From the NCBI GenBank assembly GCA_943357895.1, contig CALRGO010000002.1:25926-89925 (forward strand): a stretch of DNA of 64,000 nucleotides, read 5' to 3'. The notes beneath the pieces were generated by a model. It saw only the letters and a list, made by a program, of their open reading frames with translations, ran no database searches and was not told where the DNA came from. The stretch's first letter is position 1, and every line of letters begins with the position of its first letter. The position numbers and the translations under genes are program-made. The stretch comes from Parcubacteria group bacterium. GTDB lineage: Bacteria > Patescibacteriota > Minisyncoccia > UBA6257 > UBA11618. Positions 1 to 8,822 of this stretch are shown in pieces.

Positions 1-90
1 GGTGCCTACTGTTCCTGCGGGCGGGTTAGCAAGTGTCCACGCACCGAGAAGTACCGACCAAACGGCGATTAATATGAAAGATCGGCGCAT
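1..90 (-). CDS. 5' end of a secreted/membrane-anchored protein, probable paralog of the 103..807 gene (runs off window)
   Basis: Manual translation from ATG at 90 gives MRRSFILIAVWSVLLGAWTLANPPAGTVGT, which resembles MPNKVFILILAWSGILAAWTFASPPSGTPG; starts 12 nt after the upstream stop. Confidence 0.7.
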   Translation of the reverse strand, partial: MRRSFILIAVWSVLLGAWTLANPPAGTVGT

Positions 91-102
91 TGTTGCATTA
101 TA

Positions 103-807
103 TTAATATGAACAGCACCATACCGGCGCGAGTGTGCATGCGTAGTCGTCGGCAAGCGTGCCGTCCGTGAGTTGTATGCGTCCGTAATCCTGATTAGTGA
201 CGGATCCCGTGTCCGCAAGCCAACCCCATGTGTTTGCCATGGCGAACAAATCGTCATTTCTGGTATTCGCCACGTCGCACCGCACGCCGTTGCGGTTGCC
301 CGATCCGCATACGCCAGCGCCCCGCTCTGCTGCCGAGCATACCCACCAACCTACGGGGCATGCGGCCGCTGATCCTGCCCAGCTCGCGGGCCGCGTGCTA
401 CGGCTTACCTTTACCGTTCTCCCACTTACCGTGCGCGTACATTCCCCCGCGGTATTAATGACGGCAGTCCCTGGCCTGCCTTGGCTCCAGATCCTCGTAG
501 TGCTTGATGTCATCGCCGCGATCTGCGCATCCACGTACGCCTTATTCGCCGCGTCGAGGCTCGATGTGGGGGTAGCTACGTTCAAAATCCTATTATTCGT
601 CATATCAAGCGACTTACGTATGGTCGTCGTGCCGTTCACGTCGAGCGCGGTCGCAGGGGCTGAGGTTTTTATACCGATGTTCATCGCGCTATCACTGAAA
701 AGTCCGCCGAGAGTGATTCCCGGCGTACCGGACGGTGGCGAAGCGAACGTCCATGCGGCAAGTATGCCGGACCATGCGAGTATTAATATAAAAACCTTGT
801 TAGGCAT
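103..807 (-). CDS. Secreted fibre/adhesin-like surface protein with Cys-rich C-terminal domain
   Basis: Signal peptide; NIGIKTSAPATALDVNG and NRILNVATPTSSLDAANKAYVD motifs typical of trimeric fibre/stalk repeats; C-terminal W..SAAACP.GW.VCS...VWCC. Confidence 0.65.
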   Translation of the reverse strand: MPNKVFILILAWSGILAAWTFASPPSGTPGITLGGLFSDSAMNIGIKTSAPATALDVNGTTTIRKSLDMTNNRILNVATPTSSLDAANKAYVDAQIAAMTSSTTRIWSQGRPGTAVINTAGECTRTVSGRTVKVSRSTRPASWAGSAAACPVGWWVCSAAERGAGVCGSGNRNGVRCDVANTRNDDLFAMANTWGWLADTGSVTNQDYGRIQLTDGTLADDYACTLAPVWCCSY

Positions 808-848
808 CTTGATAAGTGTACCACGGCGTACTACGCTCTAAGGGATAT

Positions 849-2252
849 ATGTCATTAGTTATCCACAACACGCTTACGGGCACGAACGAGATTTTTAAGA
901 AATCAAAGAAGTCTTTAAAGATGTTCGTTTGTGGGCCTACCGTTTATGGGCCGGCTCATATCGGCCACGCGCGAGTAGAAATCACATTTGACGCGTTCGC
1001 GCGGTACCTACGCGAGGCGGGATACGGTCTTACGTATATTCAGAACGTTACGGATGTGGATGATAAGATTATTGTCGCGGCAAAGGCTGAGGGTGTTTCG
1101 CCCGTGGCGCTCGCGCGGCAATTCGAAAAAGAATATATGGCGATAATGAAGATTTTGCGCGTGACGAGCGTAGACCGTAGGGCGCGCGCTTCGGCCTTTA
1201 TTAAAGAGATTCAAGAGCAAATTATACGCTTGCTGCAAAAAGGATATGCCTATGAAACGGAAAACGGCGTGTATTTCGAGGTACGGAAGTTTAAAGAGTA
1301 TGGCGCTCTTTCGGGGCAGGATTTGGATGCTACGCGCCCGCATTACCGCATCGAACCCGACCCCAAGAAAAAAGATCCGCTCGACTTCGCGTTGTGGAAA
1401 AATACCAGCAAGGACGACGGCATTAGTTGGAAGAGCCCGTGGGGCGAGGGTAGGCCCGGGTGGCATATAGAAGACACGGCAATCACCGAAAAGCTTTTAG
1501 GCCAACAGTACGACATCCATGGCGGCGGCTTGGATTTGAAGTTTCCTCACCATGAAGCAGAAATCGCCCAACAAGAAGCCGCGTCCGGCAAGAAACCCTT
1601 CGTGCGCGCGTGGATGCACGTGGGCATGGTGCTTTCGGCGAAGGGTGAAAAGATGTCGAAGAGCCTTAAGAACTTTTTGTTAGTGGAGGACTTCTTAAAG
1701 AAAAATTCCGTGGATGTTTTGCGGTTTATGTTCCTTTCCGCGCATTACCGCTCGCCTATTAATTATTCAGACGGGCTTGTGGAGCAGTCCCGCGCCGCAC
1801 TCGCGACTATCAGCGAATTTTTAGGCAAGCTTGATTTCGTGGCCGTGTCTGGCAAAGCCGGCGCCATTTCGCGCGCCATTTCGAGCGAGATTATAAAATG
1901 CGAAAAATTGTTTACGGTGGCGATGGATGACGACTTTAATACGCCGCAGGCGATTGGCGCGCTTTTTGCGTTTATGAACGGACAGGGAAAATCCGTATGG
2001 ATTTTATCTCGCGCGGAGGCCGTTGCCGTACGTAGCTTTCTCCTTAAAAAACTTTCGGTATTCGGTCTTATTTTTAAAAGTTCTGCGGCGCCCGCATCCG
2101 TGCGCGCATTACTTAGGAAGCGCGAAATTGCCCGTATCGGCAAAGATTTTGCCGCGGCAGACGCGGTGCGCGTAGAAATAGCGAAGGCGGGCTATGCGGT
2201 CGAAGATACGCCTATTGGTCCCCGTATTTTTTCTCTACCCTCTACCCACTAA
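849..2252 (+). CDS. cysS: Cysteine--tRNA ligase
   Basis: CGPTVY, HIGH, PGWHIE, DIHGGGLDLKFPHH and KMSKS motifs; ATG at 849 preferred over the ORF start at 816. Confidence 0.98.
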   Translation: MSLVIHNTLTGTNEIFKKSKKSLKMFVCGPTVYGPAHIGHARVEITFDAFARYLREAGYGLTYIQNVTDVDDKIIVAAKAEGVSPVALARQFEKEYMAIMKILRVTSVDRRARASAFIKEIQEQIIRLLQKGYAYETENGVYFEVRKFKEYGALSGQDLDATRPHYRIEPDPKKKDPLDFALWKNTSKDDGISWKSPWGEGRPGWHIEDTAITEKLLGQQYDIHGGGLDLKFPHHEAEIAQQEAASGKKPFVRAWMHVGMVLSAKGEKMSKSLKNFLLVEDFLKKNSVDVLRFMFLSAHYRSPINYSDGLVEQSRAALATISEFLGKLDFVAVSGKAGAISRAISSEIIKCEKLFTVAMDDDFNTPQAIGALFAFMNGQGKSVWILSRAEAVAVRSFLLKKLSVFGLIFKSSAAPASVRALLRKREIARIGKDFAAADAVRVEIAKAGYAVEDTPIGPRIFSLPSTH

Positions 2253-2266
2253 TCACTATCCACTCC
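2232..2266 (+). repeat. Five degenerate heptamer units (YCWCTAN-like) spanning the cysS stop/dnaB start
   Basis: tctctac cctctac ccactaa tcactat ccactcc. Confidence 0.6.
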
Positions 2267-2267
2267 G

Positions 2268-3620
2268 TTGCCCACGCTTAAAGTCCCGCCGCAAAACATC
2301 GAGGCCGAAGAGGTTGTGCTAGGCGCGATAATGATCGACGCGGATGCCATTATCAAGGTGACGGACGTCCTTGCGCCCATTGATTTTTATTTACCCGCAC
2401 ATCGGCTTATTTTTGAGACGCAGGTTGCGCTCTTTGAACGGCACCAGCCGATAGACATTGTAAACCTCACGAACCGCATGAAAGAGGATGGTACGCTCGA
2501 CCGCGTAGGCGGGGCTTCGTACCTCTCTACCCTCATTGAGGGCGTGCCATCGTCTTCACACATCGTCCACTACGCCGGCCTCGTGAAAGAAAAGCGGGTA
2601 CTTCGCTCTATTATCGAAACGGCGGCCGAGGCGACGGAGGCGGCATTCAATCCGCAAAAGGAAGTCGAGTCCATTTTGGACGACGTCGAGCAGAAGATGT
2701 TCGCCATTTCGCAGGGGTCCGTGCGGCAGAAGTTCGTAGCAGTTAAGGACGAGCTAAAGAACGCCTATGAGCGAATTGAGCGCCTGCAAAGCGGCGACGG
2801 CGCTTTGCGCGGCGTCGGTACCGGCTTCCGCGAACTCGACAGTTGCCTTGGGGGGTTGCAGAAGTCGGACTTGGTAATCGTGGGTGCGCGCCCGTCTGTT
2901 GGTAAGACTACGTTCGTTATGGATATTGCGCGGCACGCTGCCATTAAGGAGGGGGTGGTTGTTGGCGTATTCTCGCTTGAAATGTCGCGCGATCAGGTCA
3001 TTGACCGCCTCATAGCGGCCGAATCGAATGTGGCTTTATGGCGGCTCCGTAACGGCAAAATCCAAGACGATACGGAATTTCAAATGATACAGGCGGGGCT
3101 CGACGTTCTTTCCCGCGCGCCGATATTCATAGACGATACCGCCGGCCCCACAATGCTCCAAATCAAGTCCATGGCGCGGCGGCTCCAGATGGAGCACGGG
3201 CTTGGGCTCCTCGTCGTCGATTATCTTCAGCTCATACAGCCGCGTACTAATAGCGATAATATGGTGCAGCAGATTACGGAAATCTCGCGTGCCCTGAAGG
3301 GCCTTGCGCGCGAACTAAATATCCCCGTGGTCGCGTTATCCCAACTTTCGCGTGAGGTGGATAAACGCGAAGTGAAGATCCCCCGCCTTTCGGATTTGCG
3401 CGAGTCAGGCTCGATAGAACAAGACGCAGACGTTGTTATGTTTTTGTACCGCAAGGACCGCGATAAGCTGAACCCCTCGCCCGAAGAGCAGAACACGGCG
3501 GAGGTGATTGTCGCTAAGCACCGCAACGGCGCCTTGATCAACACGAAGGTTAAGTTCGACCCCGACCGCGTAAGCTTTAGGGATATCGACCACGTGCACT
3601 CGAACAATAACGGTTTTTAA
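2268..3620 (+). CDS. dnaB: Replicative DNA helicase
   Basis: PPQNIEAE N-terminus, GARPSVGKT Walker A, VVDYLQL, LSQLSR, DLRESGSIEQDAD; TTG start. Confidence 0.98.
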   Translation: MPTLKVPPQNIEAEEVVLGAIMIDADAIIKVTDVLAPIDFYLPAHRLIFETQVALFERHQPIDIVNLTNRMKEDGTLDRVGGASYLSTLIEGVPSSSHIVHYAGLVKEKRVLRSIIETAAEATEAAFNPQKEVESILDDVEQKMFAISQGSVRQKFVAVKDELKNAYERIERLQSGDGALRGVGTGFRELDSCLGGLQKSDLVIVGARPSVGKTTFVMDIARHAAIKEGVVVGVFSLEMSRDQVIDRLIAAESNVALWRLRNGKIQDDTEFQMIQAGLDVLSRAPIFIDDTAGPTMLQIKSMARRLQMEHGLGLLVVDYLQLIQPRTNSDNMVQQITEISRALKGLARELNIPVVALSQLSREVDKREVKIPRLSDLRESGSIEQDADVVMFLYRKDRDKLNPSPEEQNTAEVIVAKHRNGALINTKVKFDPDRVSFRDIDHVHSNNNGF

Positions 3621-3621
3621 T

Positions 3622-4197
3622 ATGCTCCCCCGTTCTATACAGAAATTCATATCCGCCTTTGCCGCCTTGCCTTCTATCGGGCCGCGACAAGCGACGCGCT
3701 TGGCGTTTTATTTAGTGTCGTTAGGTTCGGCTTCGATAGTCGACATTGCGGATGCCGCGCGGGGCTTGGCGGCGCTCTCGACCTGCCCCGACTGCTTCTT
3801 TTTTTCCGAAGGGCCGGTATGCCCCTTCTGTGGTAACCCTGCACGGCGGAAGGATGTGCTAGCCGTCGTTGAGCGGCCGACAGACGTTATAGCAATAGAG
3901 GCAACTCGCAAGTTCAACGGCGTGTATTTGGTGCTCGGCGAACTTAAAAAGACGGGCGCATTGCAGCCGGAGCAGAAGCTTAAGCTCGAGCGTGGCAAGG
4001 CGCGCGGCCCGTTTAAAGAAATACTCTTAGCGCTCGACCAAACTACCTACGGCGACTTTAACGCGCAGACAATTACGAAAGAGCTTTCGGGCGTTACGGA
4101 AAAAATAACTCGCTTAGGCCGCGGCATCCCCACCGGCGGCGAAATAGAATTTGCCGACGAGGATACCTTGGGGAGCGCTATCGAGAAGAGAAGTTGA
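3622..4197 (+). CDS. recR: Recombination mediator RecR
   Basis: LPSIGPRQATRLA HhH, CPDC...CPFC zinc finger, Toprim VVE, TRLGRGIPTGGEIEFAD. Confidence 0.95.
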   Translation: MLPRSIQKFISAFAALPSIGPRQATRLAFYLVSLGSASIVDIADAARGLAALSTCPDCFFFSEGPVCPFCGNPARRKDVLAVVERPTDVIAIEATRKFNGVYLVLGELKKTGALQPEQKLKLERGKARGPFKEILLALDQTTYGDFNAQTITKELSGVTEKITRLGRGIPTGGEIEFADEDTLGSAIEKRS

Positions 4198-4260
4198 TTA
4201 GAACCGTATCATTATAAAGACGGTCGTCGTTATAATGATATGATCGGGTAGTGCTGAGTA

Positions 4261-4414
4261 AGCCGGCGCGCATATACTTCTCGGGAAACGTCCTCGCTGC
4301 TCTCCTGCGGAGCAGCGGGACTCGCTCTCAGCGGCGCAATCGCCTAAAAAGGCGATACCCAGAGCTGCGCCGCCTCCGAGATGTTCCCGATAAGCATATC
4401 CACGCCGTCTTTCC
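4261..4414 (-). repeat. Structured repeat element, copy A (inverted relative to 5154..5372); candidate ncRNA or ssDNA motif
   Basis: Five identical blocks shared with copy B and covarying stems; G-T wobbles favour the minus strand. Confidence 0.8.
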
Positions 4415-4488
4415 GCTATGTCAGCGCCATCTAATTATTGTGGATAACTTTTAACGCCCGTTAGCTGGATTATGCAATACTTAGAAGT

Positions 4489-5125
4489 ATGAATAAAAAA
4501 TTCTTACTTATTTCGATTGCCGCCGGCACCTTGCTTGCGGGGGGGGGCTTCAGCAGATGTCGCGGATTCATATAGAGAATGCATAGATACTACCGATAGG
4601 GCTTATTGTGATGCCTTGTTTCCGAGAGAGTTTGTTTATGAAAATGGATCACGATTTGTTAGGGGAAGAGACGGTTTATATTTTTACGAGTACGTTGATA
4701 TTAATGGAAGGATTGTGCGTGATGAGCGTGCGGGTGCGGGATACCCTACCATAGAGTCTATTGTAGAAGATCTTAGTAGAGGTCCTTCGTTGCCGCCCGG
4801 TCACTATCGGTCTTGCCCTTGCGGACCCGCAACGATTTCTTCGAATTCTTGTGCGTCGTGTCCTCCTGCGTACTTCCCTCCCTCTACTTCAGTGCCTAGG
4901 CCGGAAGATTATATTTATTTAATGCATCGTCCGCGTCCCTTGCGAGTGACTCTCTTAAGTCCTGTAGCCCCCTCAAGGACTAGATATTCCCGTCCAAGAA
5001 TAACCCCCGGCACTCCTCCTAGTGTGAGTATTTTACCAACTTGGCTTCTTCGAAATTTATTAGGCAACTCGCCAACGATGGATAGCGGAAGCGGACTCGG
5101 CCCTCGCTCGGGAGGCGAGCGTTAA
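4489..5125 (+). pseudogene. Secreted Cys/Pro-rich orphan protein, frameshifted at G9 tract 4539-4547 (phase-off state or homopolymer error)
   Basis: ATG 4489 encodes MNKKFLLISIAAGTLLAGG; removing one G joins it to the 4517..5125 frame as ...AGGASA|DVADSY, a complete signal peptide. Confidence 0.7.
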
Positions 5126-5153
5126 AGTTGCTTCTAGATTTTTATGTCATCGA

Positions 5154-5372
5154 GGAAAGACGGCGTGGACGTGTTTTGAGGAACATCTCGGAGGCCCGAT
5201 AGCTCTGGGTAATTCGCCGCAGCGAATTTATCGGGCCGAGAGCGAATGCCTTTTTTCCGCAGGTGGGGGCTTTCTCTAAATCCGTCGTACGGATTTAGCT
5301 AGAAAACCTTATGCAAAGCGCAGCGGAGCTAACCTTTAGCTGATGTTTCCGAAAAGCACGTGCGCGCCGGCT
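5154..5372 (+). repeat. Structured repeat element, copy B (has extra nested hairpins)
   Basis: Outer stem GGCGTGGACGTGTTTT / AAAGCACGTGCGCGCC; inner stem GGCCCGATA/TATCGGGCC; homologous to the reverse complement of 4261..4414. Confidence 0.8.
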
Positions 5373-5402
5373 GATTAGGTGATGCGTATAATTTTATCAA
5401 TC

Positions 5403-5436
5403 AAAAAACCGGCTCAGGGTTCTGAGTCGGTTTTTT
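5403..5436. terminator. Bidirectional intrinsic terminator
   Basis: AAAAAACCGGCTCAG-GGTT-CTGAGTCGGTTTTTT between convergent genes. Confidence 0.8.
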
Positions 5437-5442
5437 CTTTTC

Positions 5443-5754
5443 CTATTTAATACCAGTTATCTCCACTTCGGTGAATTCTTGGCGGTGGCCTTTCTTCTTC
5501 TTATAGCGAGCTTTCGAGTGGTATTTGAATACAATTACTTTGCGTGCCCTGCCTTGCCCTACGAGCTTCGCCGTAACCGTTGCGCCGGTAACGAGCGGGG
5601 TGCCGACGATGACTTTACCGCCGTCTTCGGTTAAGAGAACCTCCTTAAAAATAACGGAGCCGTCGGCTTCGGGCACTATTTTTTCTATCTTCAGTTTTTC
5701 GCCAACGGCCACCTTGTACTGCTTGCCGCCGGTTTTTACAATTGCGAATGCCAT
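5443..5754 (-). CDS. rplU: 50S ribosomal protein L21
   Basis: FAIVKTGGKQYKV and KKKGHRQEFTEVEI motifs. Confidence 0.98.
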   Translation of the reverse strand: MAFAIVKTGGKQYKVAVGEKLKIEKIVPEADGSVIFKEVLLTEDGGKVIVGTPLVTGATVTAKLVGQGRARKVIVFKYHSKARYKKKKGHRQEFTEVEITGIK

Positions 5755-5766
5755 TTCTTTAGGTGA

Positions 5767-6102
5767 TTAGTTAACGGTAATAATACACGATATTGTAATT
5801 ACAATCAAGAGCGCTATAAAGGCGGTTACGGCGCTTGTAATACGCGCAAGGATAGGGTTTCTGCTCACGAGCACGCCCGCAAGGCATGCATTTAAACAGG
5901 TAATAATAGCGCCTGAAAATAACATATGGAGGGCATCATATTTTTCCCCGAGGAAATCCGCTCCCCGACCGCCCAAAAAGTGGATTATGATACGGCCTTC
6001 CGTATTCGCGAGCTTTACGTAATACAGGGAAAAGCCTATGAGGAGAGTGAACGCGGCGCTTGCGAAAAGCGCCGCATCCGCGTTTTTACGTAAATCATAC
6101 AT
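5767..6102 (-). CDS. Small hypothetical membrane protein (about 3 TM)
   Basis: Three hydrophobic segments and IIIHF..G.GADFLG loop; ATG at 6102 just after the ddl stop. Confidence 0.65.
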   Translation of the reverse strand: MYDLRKNADAALFASAAFTLLIGFSLYYVKLANTEGRIIIHFLGGRGADFLGEKYDALHMLFSGAIITCLNACLAGVLVSRNPILARITSAVTAFIALLIVITISCIITVN

Positions 6103-6106
6103 ACGC

Positions 6107-7267
6107 TTATTTCCCCCTCCCGAGTTTTTTAGACCAATCCGCGTGCGCAAGAATGCTCGAGGCGAAAGTGGATGTGAAGCCTTTTTTCTTTTTATTTTTT
6201 TCAAGCGCAAGCGTAATAAGCTTCTTTACAAGTTCTGGAAGCGCTACGCCGCTCTTTTCCCATAGGTGGTGGTAGAGTGTCCCTGGCAGAGGGTTGATTT
6301 CGTTCACATATAGTTTTTTTGATTCCTTATCGTAAAGGAAGTCCACGCGCGCGGTACCTGAGCATTCGAATTTTAAAAACACTTCTTTCGCAAGATTTTG
6401 TACGGCGGCCGTCGTCGCTTCTTCGAGCTCCGCGGGGATTATAAGGCTCTGCTTTGCGTTGCCGAGCTGGGCGCCGCCGCCCGAAATATATTTATCTTCG
6501 TACGAAAAAAAGTCTTCGGTAAATACCGATTCTTGCACTAAGGAGGCACGCGGTACGTCGTTGCCTATTACGGCACACGTGAGGTCGCAAACATTCGGCA
6601 CGCCTTCTTCAACTATTACTTTTTCATCGTAGTGGAAGGCGACATCGAGCGCAAAAGAAAGCTCCTTACCATTACGCACCTTAGCGATACCGATGGATGA
6701 GCCAAGTCGCGCGGGCTTTACGAAGAGCGGCCACGCAAGGCCCGTATTTATTTTTGTCACATAATCTTCCTTTTTAGCTTCCCAGTCAGATTTATAGAAG
6801 TAGATGAATTTGGTCGTGGGGAATCCCGCCTGTTCATATAGTTGTTTTGTTAACACCTTATCCATGGCGATGGCGCTTGCCGCTACGCCGCAGCCGACGT
6901 AGGGAATATCGAACATTTCAAAGAGTCCTTGCACGGTACCGTCTTCGCCGTTTTGGCCGTGGAATGCGGGGAATGCGACGTCGATTGTAATTGTTTTCCC
7001 GAATAATCCTTTTTGGTTAAAAACCATTTTTCCGCGGGATGATTCGAGGTCGAGATTCCATTTCGCGAGCGAAGAAAAATCACTTTGTTTTTTAAAGTTC
7101 GCTATATTATGCAGTTCGTCCCCTATGTGCCAGCTACCATCTTTACCAATATAAATTGCATGCGCATCAATACCAGCCTTTTTGAGGCCTGCAAGAATGA
7201 GGTGGCCGGTCAATATTGAGATGTCGTGTTCGGGGTTCTTACCTCCGAAAAATACGCCGATAGTCAT
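6107..7267 (-). CDS. ddl: D-alanine--D-alanine ligase
   Basis: FGG.NPEHDIS, FHGQNGEDGTVQG, FVKPARLGSSIGI, YEDKY, ARVDF, NEINPLPG. Confidence 0.93.
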   Translation of the reverse strand: MTIGVFFGGKNPEHDISILTGHLILAGLKKAGIDAHAIYIGKDGSWHIGDELHNIANFKKQSDFSSLAKWNLDLESSRGKMVFNQKGLFGKTITIDVAFPAFHGQNGEDGTVQGLFEMFDIPYVGCGVAASAIAMDKVLTKQLYEQAGFPTTKFIYFYKSDWEAKKEDYVTKINTGLAWPLFVKPARLGSSIGIAKVRNGKELSFALDVAFHYDEKVIVEEGVPNVCDLTCAVIGNDVPRASLVQESVFTEDFFSYEDKYISGGGAQLGNAKQSLIIPAELEEATTAAVQNLAKEVFLKFECSGTARVDFLYDKESKKLYVNEINPLPGTLYHHLWEKSGVALPELVKKLITLALEKNKKKKGFTSTFASSILAHADWSKKLGRGK

Positions 7268-7271
7268 TGTT

Positions 7272-8696
7272 TTACAGGTAATTATCTGGCCAATCGTTTT
7301 GGAATAGTACTACGTCCCCACTCTTTAGGATAGCGGGCAACGCCGCATGGGCATCTAGGGCGGTATCGAACCATAGGATACCTTGGCTCTTAAAATCGCC
7401 CGCTTTTAGTCCTTCAGCTATGGCGCCCGTCGCACTGTTTTTAATGAGGATTACGATATCTGCCACCGCGGCGAGATCCGTACCGATCATGCGGTGAATT
7501 TCGGCGCTTCGCGAACCCATCTCTACGAGGCCGGGGGTGACGTAGATTTTACGTTTGTTTTTAAAGCGCGCGAGAACGCGCACCGCTTCACGCGCGCCGT
7601 CCGGGTTGCCGTTATAGCTGTCGTCTATTACAAGTACACCGCTTGCTGCAGTAAACGGTTCAAGGCGGTGTGCTAGGGGGCGGGTCATTGCAACGCCGTG
7701 CGTAATTTCAGCGCGTGTCATACCGAGTGTTTCTGCAACGCAGACGGCGCCCATTATTGTTGCGGGCGCGTAGCCGCCTAGGAGTGGGGTTGAAAGATGG
7801 TATGCCTCCCCATGCGCGTTCGTAAGTGAAAATGACTGCCGCAAGCCGTCCGGTTCGAAGCGGACGTCCGCGATGCCGTAGCGCGGTAGGTCGCCCGTAA
7901 GGTCGCCGTAGAAAATTACCGTACGTCCTTCGAGATTTTTTTCATATTCCCCGCGCACGCGCTTATCTTCGGCATTTAGTACGGCGATGGCTGCGGGTTT
8001 GCTGTGGCGCACAATTTCGAATTTAGCGCTTACTGTTTTTACAAGGCTACCGAATCGTTCCATATGCGCTTCGTTGATGCCCGTCAGCACGGCGACGTCC
8101 GGCGGGGTAAGTGCGCAGAGTTCGCGAATATCTCCTATGTGGTGCGCGCCCATTTCTACCACGAGGACTTCGGTTTCAGCCGATACCTTTTCGAGTATAA
8201 AGCGGGCGATCCCTACGGGGGTGTTTACGCTTTCGGGTGTTGCAAGCGTCGCAAACCGTTCGGTGAGTATTGCGGCGAGTACCGCCTTCATCGTCGTTTT
8301 GCCGTAACTGCCGGTAATAGCGACAACTTTAAGGTTGGGGAATCGCGCGAGCTTATGCCTTGCTTTGTGTAGTATGCGGCCTTTTGCGAACGAGTCGAGT
8401 GGCAACGTTATAAGTACGGCGAGCGCAAGGTAGGTGGGGAAAATAAAAAGGCTTATGAGTGCGAAGATTGCGGCGGCTATAGCACCTGCTAAATAGAGGC
8501 TAATGGCCGTTACGGCCGCGGCCGCGATTATAGCGATGAGTGTTATCGCTTTAAGCTTCGTTGTCCAAACAGCTTTTTGGCGCATGTCGGCGTTAACCGA
8601 ATAGCGGCGTGCCAAAACGCCAAAATAACGCCCAAGGTCGTACTGTTCGAGCTGCAGGAGCGCGATATGGTAGCGGATGAGTCGTGCTGGATTCAT
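7272..8696 (-). CDS. murF: MurF-type Mur ligase with N-terminal membrane segments
   Basis: AITGSYGKTT, SVNTPVG, VEMGA, IDDSYNGNP, TPGLVEMG, FQNDWPDNY. Confidence 0.8.
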   Translation of the reverse strand: MNPARLIRYHIALLQLEQYDLGRYFGVLARRYSVNADMRQKAVWTTKLKAITLIAIIAAAAVTAISLYLAGAIAAAIFALISLFIFPTYLALAVLITLPLDSFAKGRILHKARHKLARFPNLKVVAITGSYGKTTMKAVLAAILTERFATLATPESVNTPVGIARFILEKVSAETEVLVVEMGAHHIGDIRELCALTPPDVAVLTGINEAHMERFGSLVKTVSAKFEIVRHSKPAAIAVLNAEDKRVRGEYEKNLEGRTVIFYGDLTGDLPRYGIADVRFEPDGLRQSFSLTNAHGEAYHLSTPLLGGYAPATIMGAVCVAETLGMTRAEITHGVAMTRPLAHRLEPFTAASGVLVIDDSYNGNPDGAREAVRVLARFKNKRKIYVTPGLVEMGSRSAEIHRMIGTDLAAVADIVILIKNSATGAIAEGLKAGDFKSQGILWFDTALDAHAALPAILKSGDVVLFQNDWPDNYL

Positions 8697-8736
8697 GGGG
8701 GTTATTATAGCGTATTTTGTTGGTTTTGGCGATTTT

Positions 8737-8815
8737 TTGACCGACTATTTATTTTATGGCATTATAAGCCCGGTTGTTTCCAAATTTACAAGAATCACAC
8801 GCGTCTTTTCAGGAG
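8737..8815 (+). promoter_or_regulatory. sigma70 promoter, boxA-like motif and SD of the HTH-REC cassette
   Basis: TTGACC(8737)-17 nt-CATTAT(8760); GCGTCTTTTC 8801-8810; AGGAG 8811-8815, 7 nt before ATG. Confidence 0.6.
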
Positions 8816-8822
8816 TAATATC

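Noticed and set aside
103-400. Diversity-generating retroelement target in the Cys-rich C-terminal head
   Set aside because: No template repeat with adenine-specific differences and no reverse transcriptase in the window.
4251-4454. 67-aa ORF over element A (and the 72-aa ORF 18579..18797)
   Set aside because: They coincide with structured repeats or are antisense to real genes, and show no protein features.
4261-5372. Elements A/B as integron attC sites or a known small ribozyme
   Set aside because: The copies are inverted rather than direct, no integrase is present, and I could not fit HDV, twister, pistol or hammerhead consensus by eye.
5151-5375. Element B as RNase P RNA (starts GAGGAAAG, ends CCGGCT)
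   Set aside because: Lacks GAGGAAAGTCC and the ACAGAA..CGGCTTA P4 partner, is too short, and has a second inverted copy.
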